DNA from: Eledone cirrhosa
Lineage: Eukaryota
Assembly (NCBI GenBank): GCA_964016885.1
Contig: OZ024740.1
Location: forward strand, 364,250,001-364,314,000
Length of the DNA: 64,000 nt
Direction: 5' to 3'
A model generated the notes under the pieces. The model was not told the DNA's origin. It worked only from the letters and a program-made list of their open reading frames with translations, and ran no database searches. Below are positions 42,816 to 55,837 of the stretch, in pieces; the first letter of the stretch is position 1, and each line of letters starts with the position of its first letter. The translations under genes and the position numbers were made by a program.

Positions 42816-44112
42816 CTACATTTTAAATTTAAATTTATATTTAAACGTTGAGTTTAATCTATGTTTGCAACAACTGAATAAATTTGTCCGTAGATTAAGG
42901 GAATTTTTAGATTTTAGTATAAAGAATATCTCCTCTGCGCAGAGGTCACATGTCTCAGAGGATGAATTAAAAGGAATCCCTCTTGAGACTATATTCCAAG
43001 CCGTCGAATATCTAACGTTATCTAGCTTAAGTTGCCATAGTACGCCTGATAGTGCCGTTGAAGATTTTTTGCTTGGATCTGTGAAAGAATTCTTGTGGTT
43101 ATTATAGCGAAGTTTAAATTCCGTCGATGTGGAACCGACGTAGTTAAAAGAATTAGAGTCAGTATTAACATTACAATTGTATACTATATTTTTAACTAAG
43201 CAGTTGTTATTTAACGGACATTTAGATCTATCTCTACAGTTACATTTGTTAACTTGTATATTATTTATGCTATTATCACTAGGTTTTAAATTCCTATTAT
43301 TTATTCTATTGATATTTTGTGCTAAATTTTTGGTGGATGAGTAGGTTAATTTTATTGTATGTCTATTGAAAATTGAGTGATATCTATGTGTTCTAGGGAA
43401 GCGATTATCAAGAGTTTTAAAGAATAGTTTAGCGATGTGGGTTTTAATGTTTAGTGAGAAAGGAGGGGCAAACCAAATTATGTTCCTAGTTCTATTTCTT
43501 TTTTGGCCTTTGGAATTATTGTAATGCTTTCTATTATAGTTGTTAAGGATGTTGCCGTAATTAAAAAAGTTGTTACTTTGTTTAGTTTGTCTATCATTAT
43601 CTATGTACACAATCTTATCAGCATATCCTGCTCTAGCTAATGCTTCATTGTAGTATTGGGCTTTTGCGTCGAAAATCTTTCTATTCGACGAGATCCTAGA
43701 GATACGTTTTTGAACAGAGTTTACTATAGTGTTTTTGACAGATCTGGGGTGGTTAGAGTTAAAGTTTACATAGTTTAAGTTTTCATTCAACTTGTGAAAA
43801 GGATAGTGAAGACATGTGTTGAGATTTAATGTTATATCTAGGAAATTGACTATTCTATGGTTGTTCTCAATTTCTATTTTAAGATTAAAGTAATTAAAAA
43901 ATTGTGTAATTTGTTTACATTTTCTATTTAGTTCAGAGTTATTATTATCAATAAGTAAAAGCATGTCGTCTCTATATAAACCTCCGGTAGTACCGGGTAT
44001 TTTCCTATGTAGCGAATTGATTAAAAATAAGCCCACAAGGTCAGTTACCTGGGCTGAGTCGGATGATCCCATAGTAATGTCAAAATTGCTATCTCTATCT
44101 GCTCTGGTCCAT
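42816..44112 (-). CDS. PLE reverse transcriptase C-terminal half + GIY-YIG endonuclease (uninterrupted, 5'-truncated)
   Basis: FDITMGSSDSAQVTDLVG, YRDD, NFLDITL, CNCRDRSKCPLNNNC, NIVY..NYVGST..FKLRYNNH, CDLCAEE, CCKH. Confidence 0.92.
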
Positions 44113-44511
44113 AGCATTCCACTTTGATAAATCTAATACAAACGAAAATGTCTCGGACTTAAACAAAGTTTTCAAATCTAAAAGAAATCCACCCCCTAAC
44201 AAACTTTTATCTGACTTTGAAAACGATATAATTTCTATCATACAAGGGGTCAAATTCAAGAGAAACTTCAAAGGCCAGGAATATCTGAAAGGCATTAAGG
44301 ATAACATTGAGAGCTTAGAGAAAACTGAGAAGATCTTGGTGAAATCTGACAAGACCAACAACCTCTATGGAGTGCAGAAAGACATGTATAATGGCCTCAT
44401 ACTGAAAGAGCTGAGGAAAAAGTACAAGGTAGCAGATAAGGCCGAGCTTGAGAAAATGAATGTCGAAGCATCTTGTATAATGCACGAGTTGGAAATTGAG
44501 AACAGAACACA

Positions 44512-44711
44512 NNNNNNNNNNNNNNNNNNNNNNNNNNNNNNNNNNNNNNNNNNNNNNNNNNNNNNNNNNNNNNNNNNNNNNNNNNNNNNNNNNNNNNNNN
44601 NNNNNNNNNNNNNNNNNNNNNNNNNNNNNNNNNNNNNNNNNNNNNNNNNNNNNNNNNNNNNNNNNNNNNNNNNNNNNNNNNNNNNNNNNNNNNNNNNNNN
44701 NNNNNNNNNNN
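44512..44711. other. Assembly gap (200 N)
   Basis: Run of n. Confidence 1.
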
Positions 44712-45563
44712 TCACAAAGTATACAGCTAATATTCAATTCTTTATCAATTTAGAATCTTTTCTCAAAGGCACATATACACACACCTCTTTAAATTATACC
44801 CATCTTCCTACCTTACTTATAATACTTGTTTACTCATTACCCTCATTCTATCTTCACCTTGTAAAATCCTTCATAACATATACATTTGTTTTTTTGACGT
44901 TAGAATATTCATCTGCAATTATTACTTTTTTCTCTCCATCATCAAACTTTAATATCAATACATTAACTCCCTCTCCTTCTTTGACGCTAGAATATTCATT
45001 CTTAATACATATTAACTCTTTCTTCGCACATATTATCAATTCCTTCAATATACAAACCTTAACTTCACATTATTTTTTCTCAAATCCTTCAACACGCAAA
45101 CCTTAATAATTTTTTCTCTTCATTAATTTTGAAATTGCCATAATACTTATAAACATACACCTTTTGGACGTTAGAATATTCATCCGCAGTTATTATTTTT
45201 TCTCTCTATCTTCAAACTTTTAATCTCAATTTTAATCTCAATACATATCAACTCCCTCTCTTTCCTCGTACATTTTTTTCCCTTCGTTAATTTTCAAATT
45301 CTTTTAATTTATACATTATCTTCCAACGGGTTCTCAACCTCTCTATGTAAAACAATATATCTTTTCTCAGTTATAAAAACTATCTCTTTCTCTCTATCAC
45401 CCATCACTCTCATCTCCTCCCCTTTTTTCATCCTTTCCACCCCCCTCTCTAAATAAAATATTTTTCCCCAATATCACACATCAATCTAAAACTACTTTTC
45501 ATATGTTGATTTAAAACTGCACTATCCACAAGTGTTTTTTAGCCTTCATATCATGTTCTCCTG

Positions 45564-45630
45564 TTTTATCTGATGAAAACACAAATATTATTGCATGATG
45601 ATGTTTGTTTTTGAAATGCGAATAATAAAA
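45564..45630 (+). ncRNA. Type I hammerhead ribozyme (family of 20479)
   Basis: ttttat-CTGATGA-aaacacaaatat...atgtttgttttt-GAAA-tgcgaa-TA-ataaaa; 45505-45663 matches 20445-20610 inverted. Confidence 0.72.
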
Positions 45631-45696
45631 TACATGGAACTCCTTTAACCATCGTTTGATCTTATATATTATATATATATATATATATTATATATA

Positions 45697-45758
<62 letters not shown>

Positions 45759-45811
45759 TATGTATATATATTATGTATATATATTATTATATATATTATT
45801 GTATATATATA

Positions 45812-45854
<43 letters not shown>

Positions 45855-46357
45855 ATATATATAATCTATATATTATATATATATATATATTATATATATA
45901 TATCTATATATTATATATATAGTATATATATTATATACATATATATATATTATATATATATATATATATTATATATATATATATATATTATATACATATA
46001 TATATATTATATACATATATATATATTATATATATATATATATATTATATATATATATATATATTATATATTATATATATATTATATATATATATTATAT
46101 ATATATATATATATTATATATATATATATTATATATATATTATATATATATATATATATATTATATATATTATATATATATTATATATATATATATTATA
46201 TATATATATATTATATATATATATATTATATATATATATTATATATATATTATATATATATATATTATATATATATATTATATATATATATATTATATAT
46301 ATATATATTATATATATTATATTATATATATATATATATATTATATATATATATATT

Positions 46358-46389
<32 letters not shown>

Positions 46390-46392
46390 ATA

Positions 46393-46460
<68 letters not shown>

Positions 46461-46465
46461 ATTAT

Positions 46466-46499
<34 letters not shown>

Positions 46500-46537
46500 A
46501 TATTTATATATATATATATATTATATATATATATATT

Positions 46538-46568
<31 letters not shown>

Positions 46569-46613
46569 ATATATTATATATATATATTTATATATATATA
46601 TATTTATATATAT

Positions 46614-46645
<32 letters not shown>

Positions 46646-46782
46646 ATATTTATATATATATATTATATATATATATATTAGTATATATATATAATATATA
46701 TATATATATTATATATATATATTATATATATATATATTTATATATATATATATTTATATATATATATATATAATATATATTA

Positions 46783-46819
<37 letters not shown>

Positions 46820-46829
46820 ATATTATATA

Positions 46830-47747
46830 CTAGCAGTAAAGCCCGGCGTTGCTCGGGGGTCGCTCAGTAGCTGTGTTAAAGTTACAATGTTAAGTTTCTT
46901 TCTTGGCTTAAAAACTGTAGTGTCTACTGTGCAGACTTGCATGTGGTGTTTTTGATTAATATTCCCTCAACCAACAATATGCCTTATGAAGTTAAGAAAA
47001 CATAACGATAACCCGAATGTTATAACAAAAGAGGATGCTGGGGATAGAAACTGCACTGGTTATTTATTAACAAAGATCGAAAATGTAAACACTGCAACGC
47101 AGAGAAAAACATTAGCGTAACCAAATTATCAGTTATGTCTGTCTGCACGCCTATATCACCTCTCTGCACGACTGTCTGTCTGCACGCCTATATCACCTCT
47201 CTGCACGACTGTCTGTCTGCACGCCTATATCACCTCTCTGCACGACTGTCTGTCTGCACGCCTATATCACCTCTCTGCACGACTGTCTGTCTGCACGCGT
47301 ATATCACCTCTCTGCACGACTGTCTGTCTGCACGCCTAACGACGAAATATTTGCTTGTTTTACGTAGTCTTTAAATAGACTTGTTTTCAAGTAAAAATAT
47401 TGTTTTAAAATGCTTTTAAATGGAAATGAAGCAAAACGGAAGCTTCGTGTATTGTGTTAATGTCATTTTAAACGCTGAGAAAGCCAGCGTAATTTTTTAC
47501 GTAAGACGCTCAATGTAAACAGAACAAAGGGAAATAACTGATAACTTACGCTCAAAAATTGATACATTATATTCGATTTCGTCACATAGGGTGGGTCAAT
47601 TTGAAATATTTTTCTTCCGATGTCTTCGCTAGGGCTCAATGTACAAGTATAGCAATTTCGGTGCAATTCCGTGAGAGATTCTAAGAGGAGATGTGTGCCA
47701 AAAATCGATAGACAGACAGACAAGCACAGTTTTATATATATAGAAGA
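46830..47747 (-). mobile_element. Non-autonomous Helitron-like element inserted at an A^T site in (TA)n
   Basis: Minus strand 5' TCttctatatatataaaac..tgtctgtctgtc; 3' hairpin cccgagcaacgccggg followed 8 nt later by CTAG; no TSD. Confidence 0.85.
47137..47338. repeat. 37-bp minisatellite, about 5.5 copies, inside the Helitron
   Basis: Unit ctgtctgtctgcacgcctatatcacctctctgcacga. Confidence 0.95.
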
Positions 47748-47759
47748 TATATATATATG

Positions 47760-47813
<54 letters not shown>

Positions 47814-47819
47814 TATATA

Positions 47820-47904
<85 letters not shown>

Positions 47905-48009
47905 TACATATATATATATATATATAATATATATACATATATATATATATACATATATATAATATATATATACATATATATAATATATATACATATATAA
48001 TATATATAC

Positions 48010-48048
<39 letters not shown>

Positions 48049-48078
48049 CATATATATATACATATATATATATATATA

Positions 48079-48120
<42 letters not shown>

Positions 48121-48152
48121 TATATATATATAATATATATATATATATAATA

Positions 48153-48798
48153 TATACGTGAACGGCAAAGCATAAACGAACTAAGGAAAAAATTAGAAAT
48201 AAGAGGGATCAGATGTTGTTTACTCGAGAGAAGGCTACGTTGGTATGGACACGTGATGCGCATGAAAGTCGATAGCTGTATAACAAAGTGCAGGGCAATA
48301 AAGATAGACGGTAGCTACGGAATAGGCAGACCTAGAAAAACCTGGGACGAGCTGATAAACTCCGACCTCACACACTTACACCTCTCCAAGACAATGTCAC
48401 TGGACCGAGACCTTTGGCGGTACTCAGTAACAGAGAAGACCCGCCTTGCCAGTAGGCATCTCTAACAAAATACACCCCGTCCCGCCCACACCACCCCGTT
48501 CTATGTAAAGTTATGTTGGTGCCGCGCCATCCAGGCCGAAACAAATGAGATCGTGTAGGTGTCACGACAAAAAAACACACAGTCCACGCTGTAATGTGGC
48601 CGTGTAGGCAACACGGTAAAAACCTCCCAGACCCACACTGTAAATGTGGTTGGTGTTAGGAAGGGCATCCAACTGTAGAAAACCTGCCAGACAGTCCTAT
48701 GCGAGCAAGACAATCACTCTTGCCTCAAGTGGGACTACCCCCGTCCAAACCCATGCAAGCGTGGAACACGGACGTTAAACGTTGATGATGATGATGAT
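48153..48798 (+). mobile_element. RTE LINE 3' fragment with (GAT)n tail
   Basis: ORF 48253..48465; near-identical to 54397-55090. Confidence 0.9.
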
Positions 48799-48814
48799 AT
48801 ATATATATATATAT

Positions 48815-48848
<34 letters not shown>

Positions 48849-48947
48849 AATATATATATATATATAATATATATATATTATATATATATATATATTATAA
48901 ATAAAATAACAGGAGGCTGGACTGGTGTAAATCCTTGAAAAGTTTAT

Positions 48948-49007
48948 TATAGTATGATCATTTCAATGACCGGGTTCCATATGAATCCGGTGATATCATC
49001 AGGTATT
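48948..49007 (-). ncRNA. Hammerhead core with weak stem I at the end of a ~1.4-kb non-coding TA-flanked island (48895-50327)
   Basis: CTGATGA-tatc-accggattc/atatg/gaacccggt-catt-GAAA-tgatca-TA. Confidence 0.6.
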
Positions 49008-50439
49008 CGAAATATAACAAAGGAATATATAAAATCCATGTGTCCGAAATCAGAGACAGACAGGTCGACTGACCAACTAGCTGCTTTCATCTCGGTCAGT
49101 CGCCCTCAAGTGATGGCAACTCTGTCTACTAATGAGCATTTGGTGAGGGGGTGAAGGCTTATAATGTACTACCACCTCCCTGTCAGAGAAGAAAAAAAGA
49201 GAAGAAAGAAAGAAGAAAAGTCAGTGTAAGTGTCACACTCCAGTCATGCTAGAAGACGCCGCGAAAAATGTTATTCCAAAGAACCCATATTTTAACAAAG
49301 GCATATATATGGGTGTCTGTATGGTCTAATGTGTGAACAGAAAATTGGAACGTTAACTTATGTTAAGAGTTATAGGATGAAATTAAATAATTGGAAAATT
49401 AATATAAAATTAAAGGTATGTGTTGCGAGATTTATGTAATGAAATTACAGAGAGAGTCTTATATGAAAAAGTTTAACTGTATTATAGGGAATCTCGATAA
49501 GTTATCAAGGTGGGATATAGAGTAAAGATAGAAGCCTTTGATTGTAAACCCCAGCCAGCACCTCATAACCACGTGTCAGCCAGTTTCGAGTGGTATCCTC
49601 TTAGCGAAATAAATATAAATTAATTTTTCCAAGTACTCTAGGAACTTAACTGCGATAGGCTCCGAGTGTGCTAGCGGGAAGTCAACCAGCTTCTACAGGC
49701 CATCATCTATACCAAACGAATACTATTAATTCACACAGGAGGGGTTTATTTACGTGCCAGCACAGGGAGGCATGATACAGCTAACAGTTATGCCTAAGCC
49801 TAGAGTTGATAGGTATGAGTATAATGTGGCGGTCAAAACAAGCGGTACGGCAGGCTCCAGGGCAAATCGAGCCGCTCTGAGTAGTTTCGTTTACCGAAAG
49901 AGGGGACAATTTATTTTTCCAAGCACTCAAGGAAGGCTTGAACTTTCCGAGCGCCAGGCGCACAGCTGGGTAATCCACCTCATCAGTCAAAAGTGGTAAA
50001 ACCCAATGAAAAGTGCCAATAGACTATAATTATTTTTATTTTTAAGTCCCAGTTAGTCCGGGTTATAAGTAGTGTGGTTCTTTGGTGGGTAGGGAGCTAT
50101 GAATGGTGCATAAGGAATAATAAGCAGAAAATCACAAATAAATAAAAGCAGGATACAAAGATAAAAATACAAAGATAAAAAATATATTAATATGGTAAAA
50201 AGTAAAAAACATAAATAAAACGCCGTCATAGCTAGGGTAATGATGTAAGACGGAAATATATAAGAACATATCGGAGGAATCAAAACAAAGGGGAAATACA
50301 AAATGGATCAAGTTGTAATAAGATAAGCCTGCCTTTCATTTTTTAGGGAGAATCCTTTAGCGGCCAATAGTGGTATAGAGAACCCTTTAGCGGCTAATAG
50401 TGGTATAAGATATTATATATATTATATATATATATATAT

Positions 50440-50471
<32 letters not shown>

Positions 50472-50485
50472 ATATATTATATATA

Positions 50486-50536
<51 letters not shown>

Positions 50537-50546
50537 ATTATATATA

Positions 50547-50589
<43 letters not shown>

Positions 50590-50761
50590 ATATATATATA
50601 TTATATATTATATATATATATATTATATATATATATATTATATATATATATATATTATATATATATATATATTATATATATATATATTATATATATATAT
50701 TATATATATATATATATTATATATATATATATATATTATATATATATATATTATATATATA

Positions 50762-50855
<94 letters not shown>

Positions 50856-50901
50856 ATATTTAATATATATATATATATATATAATATATATATATATATT
50901 A

Positions 50902-51090
50902 TGGCAGGTGGATTGGCAGTATCGGTAGAGGGTCGGACGTCATGCTTTCCAGCATAGTTACGTCCCTTTACGATCTGAGTTCAAATCCAGCCGAGGTTAA
51001 CTTTGCCTTTCATCCTTACGGGGTCGATAAAATAAAGTACCAGTAATGCACTGGGTAATTTCTGGCCTTGTGCTAATAGTAGAAACAATT
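50902..51090 (+). mobile_element. tRNA-derived SINE with Meta-like central domain
   Basis: gagttcaaatcc B-box, then gaggttaactttgcctttcatccttacggggtcgataaaataaagtaccag; partial copy at 55662-55755. Confidence 0.75.
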
Positions 51091-51147
51091 ATATATATAT
51101 ATATTATATATATTATATATATATATATATATTATATATATATATTA

Positions 51148-51190
<43 letters not shown>

Positions 51191-51202
51191 ATTATATATA
51201 TA

Positions 51203-51247
<45 letters not shown>

Positions 51248-51268
51248 ATATATTATATATATATATAT

Positions 51269-51300
<32 letters not shown>

Positions 51301-51330
51301 ATATATATTATATATATATATATAATATAT

Positions 51331-51373
<43 letters not shown>

Positions 51374-51720
51374 TATATATATAATATATATATATATATA
51401 ATATATATATATATATAATATATATATAATATATATATATATATAATATATATATATATATTATATATATATATATAATATATATATATATATAATATAT
51501 ATATATATATAATATATATATATATATAATATATATATATATATAATACATATATATATATTATATATATATATATAATATATATATATATATAATATAT
51601 ATATATATATAATATATACATATATATTATACATATATATATATATATATAATACATATAAATATATTATATATATATATATAATATATATATATAATAC
51701 ATATAAATATATTATATATA

Positions 51721-52068
51721 TCATCATCATCATCATCATCATTTTGCGTCCGCTTTTCCCTGCTTGCAAGGGTGGGACGGGAACTGATTCTGGCTTGATT
51801 TCTACAGCTGGATGCCCTTCCTAACACCAACCTCATTTACAGTGAGTGCTGGGTGCTTTTTTTGCCGTGGCACCTCCACGACCACTTTGCAGTGGAATGA
51901 TATGGACCCCAGTCCCTATCATCTCATTTCTACAGCTGAGTAAACTGGAGCAATGTGAAATAAAGTGTCTTGCTCAAGGAAACAACACATCACCCGGTCT
52001 GAGAATTGAACTCACAACCTTTCGATTGTAAGGCCAATACTCTAACCACTAAGCCATGTGCCTCCATA
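51721..52068 (-). mobile_element. CORE SINE with RTE-derived 3' tail, full length
   Basis: tRNA head (tggcttagtggttagag, gagttcaattc), core ttgagcaagacac, tail matching the LINE 3' UTR at 19015-19260, (GAT)n. Confidence 0.85.
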
Positions 52069-52589
52069 TATTATTTTATATATATATATATATATAATAT
52101 ATATATATAATACATATATATATATTATATATAATATATATATATATATAATATATATATATACATATATATTATACATATATATATATATATATTATAT
52201 ATATATATATAATATATATATATATATAATATATATATATATATAATACATATATATATATTATATATATATATATAATATATATATATATATAATATAT
52301 ATATATATATAATATATACATATATATTATACATATATATATATATATATAATACATATAAATATATTATATATATATATATAATATATATATATAATAC
52401 ATATATATATATTATATATAATATATATATATATATAATATATATATATACATATATATTATACATATATATATATATATATTATATACATATATATTAT
52501 ACATATATATATATATATTATATACATATATATTATACATATATATATATATATATTATATACATATATATTATACATATATATTATAC

Positions 52590-52620
<31 letters not shown>

Positions 52621-52884
52621 ATATATATATATATAATATATATATATAATATATATATATAATATATATATATATAATATATATATATATAATATATATA
52701 TATAATATATATATATAATATATATATATATAATATATATATATATAATATATATATATAATATATATAATATATAATATATATATATAATATATATATA
52801 TATAATATATATATATGTATATAATATCTCTATATATATATAATATCACGGTATATATATATATATATTATATATATATATATA

Positions 52885-55090
52885 CCGTGATATTGTCGGG
52901 GAGAAGTGTGTACTTAATGATGACGGCGTACTTGCCATCACCGACGCTGATAAGAAGGTAGCTTGGAAGTGTCACTATCAAAGGCTACTAAATGAGGAGA
53001 ATAAATGGGAGAAAGACAGTCTCCCCCCACATCGACCCAATAGAGGGACCAGCAGTGTTAGTCGAGGGTAGTATAATAAGTAAGGCAATCAAGGATATGA
53101 AGACGGGTAAGGCAGCTGGGCCTTCGGAAATAGTTGCTGAGATGCTGAAGGCATCTGGCACGGTGGGACACACCATGGTCACCCGGATAGTTAACCAAGT
53201 CGTACAGAATGGGGTTGTTCCGAAGGACTGGCGTAGCAGCATCATCGTTAACTGTTATAAGGGTAAAGGAGATGCCCTAGATAGGAGTAACTATAGAGGC
53301 ATTAAATTAATCGACCAGGTCATGAAGGTCACGGAAAAAGTAATAGCGCAACTCATCAGAGAGAGAATTGATCTAGATGAAATGCAGTTCGGGTTTGTGT
53401 CAGGCAAAAGTACCACAGACGCGCTTTTCATTGTACGACAACTACAGGAGAAGTACCTAGCTAAAAGTAAACCCCTTTACTTAGCTTTTGTCGACTTGGA
53501 GAAAGCCTTCGACAGAGTCCCCCGTTCCATTATCTGGTGGGCTCTTAGAAAACTAGGTGTCGACGAATGGCTTGTGAGAGCTATACAAGCCATGTATATA
53601 GAAACAGTGAGCAACGAATATAGAGTTTAGCGTAAAAGTTGGTGTCCATCAGGGCTCTGTTCTCAGCCCCCTACTATTTATTATTGCCCTTCAGGTTATA
53701 ACAGAGGAGTTCAAGACCGGCTGCCCATGGGAACTCCTGTACGCAGACGACCTAACACTCATAGCTGAATCAATGGCCGAGCTAGAGGAGAAATTCCAAA
53801 CATTGAAGCACGGCCTAGAATCAAAATGCCTTAAAATTAATCTGGCTAAGACCAAGGTTCTAGTTTGTAGGAAAGAAAATAAGGCGGCGGTCCCTTCCGG
53901 GAAGTGGCTATGCTCAGTGTGTAGGAAGGGCGTAGGTAGAAACTCCATTTTGTGTCAGAAATGCAAAGTATGGGTGCATAAAAGATGTAGTGGGATCACA
54001 GGTAAGCTAACTAAGAACATAGATTTCACATGTGGCCGGTGCTCTGGTGCAATAAGTAGCAGCAAGTGCCAACAAAATACTAGCTCTTTCAACTGCGCAG
54101 AGGGCTCTATAGAAATAGTGGACAGCTTCTGTTACCTGGGTGACAAAATCAGCAGTGGGGGAGGGTGCTCTGAAAGTACAGTAGCTAGAGTCAGAACTGG
54201 ATGGAAAAAGTTCAGAGAGCTTATACCACTATTAGCCGCTAAAGGGTTCTCCCTAAAAATGAAAGGCAGGTTGTATGATGCCTGCATACGAACTGCAATG
54301 TTGCATGGCAGTGAGACCTGGGCATTGTGTGCAGAGGATATACGCAGACTAGAGAGGAACGAAGCTTGCATGATCCGCTGGATGTGTAATAGTAATATAC
54401 GTGAACGGCAAAGCATAAACGAACTAAGGAAAAAATTAGAAATAAGAGGGATCAGATGTTGTTTACTCGAGAGAAAGCTACGTTGGTATGGACACGTGAT
54501 GCGCATGAAAGTCGATAGCTGTATAACAAAGTGCAGGGCAATAAAGATAGACGGTAGCCATGGAATAGGCAGACCTAGAAAAACCTGGGACGAGCTGATA
54601 AACACCGACCTCACACACTTACACCTCTCCAAGACAATGTCACTTGACCGAGACCTTTGGTGGTACTCAGTAATAGAGAAGACCCGCCTCACCTAAATAC
54701 ATAGTAAAACCTACTACAGTCAGTAGGCATCTCAAACAAAATACACCCCCGTCCCACCACCCCCACCCCATCCACACCGCCCCCTTCTATGTAAAGTTAT
54801 GTTGGTACCACACCATCCAGGCCGAAATAAATGAGATCGTGGAGGTGTCACGACAAAAAAAACACACAGTCCACGCTGTAATGTGGCCGTGTAGGCAACA
54901 CGGTAAAAACCTCCCAGACCCACACTGTAAATGTGGTTGGTGTTAGGAAGGGCATCCAACTGTAGAAAACCTGCCAGACAGTCCTATGCGAGCAAAACAA
55001 TCACTCTTGCCTCAAGTGGGAAAACCCCCGTCCAAACCCATGCAAGCGTGGAACACGGACGTTAAACGTTGAGGATGATGATGATGATGA
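52885..55090 (+). mobile_element. RTE LINE, 5'-truncated, nearly complete RT with one frameshift (about 53605-53630)
   Basis: ORFs 52992..53630 (YKGKGD, NYRGIKL, QFGF, AFVDLEKAFDRV) and 53773..54696; YADD at about 53740; (GAT)n tail. Confidence 0.95.
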
Positions 55091-55106
55091 TTATATACAT
55101 ATATAT

Positions 55107-55139
<33 letters not shown>

Positions 55140-55275
55140 AGAAAGTGAGGTTTTTTTTACAAAATGAAAAATAACTGAGGTGTCCCACACGAGTGAAAGT
55201 ATAAAGAAAAAGAGATGAAATCGAAAATGCAACTGGAGTCTTATTTTTTTTAAAAATATATATATTTATTTGGAT

Positions 55276-55310
55276 CCTTTACCGGTTTCGCAGTTATGCT
55301 TTTCAAAAGG
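55276..55310 (-). ncRNA. Minimal hammerhead, U3-A8 variant
   Basis: cctt-TTGAAAA-gca/taac/tgc-GAAA-ccgg-TA-aagg. Confidence 0.75.
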
Positions 55311-55398
55311 TGAGTTGAGATGGAGGGTCTGAGCAGTTCAACAAAGAAGAGATAGTTAAAATAAGTGAGAAAAACCACAGACCCTCCATCTCAACTCA

Positions 55399-55436
55399 CC
55401 TTTTGAAAAGCAGAAGAACTGCGAAACCGGTAAAGG
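55399..55436 (+). ncRNA. Minimal hammerhead, U3-A8 variant (inverted partner)
   Basis: cctt-TTGAAAA-gcag/aagaa/ctgc-GAAA-ccgg-TA-aagg; arms about 55210-55330 / 55377-55503. Confidence 0.78.
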
Positions 55437-55758
55437 AACCAAATAAATATATATATTTTTTAACAAAATAAGACTCCAGTTGCATTTTCGATTTCATCTC
55501 TTTTTATTATATATATTATATATATATATATATTATATATATATTATATATATATATATATATTATATATATATATATATTATATATATATATATATTAT
55601 ATAAATATGTATTATATATATATATATATATATTATATACATATATTATATATATATTATATTGACTTTGCCTTTCATCCTTACGGGATCGATAAAATAA
55701 AGTACCAGTAATGCACTGGGTAATTGCTGGCCTTGTGCCTAAAGTAGAAGGAATTATA

Positions 55759-55828
<70 letters not shown>

Positions 55829-55837
55829 ATATATATT

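Larger units (their letters stand above)
41245..44511 (-). mobile_element. Penelope-like element (sister of 31545-35320) with long 3' UTR and an inverted 5' ORF segment running into the gap
   Basis: Open ORF 42816..44117; 3' UTR homologous to 33523-35320; plus-strand PLE N-terminal peptide at 44114-44511. Confidence 0.93.

Noticed and set aside
47137-47338. 37-bp repeat as a CRISPR array
   Set aside because: Head-to-tail repeats with no unique spacers, eukaryotic context and no cas genes
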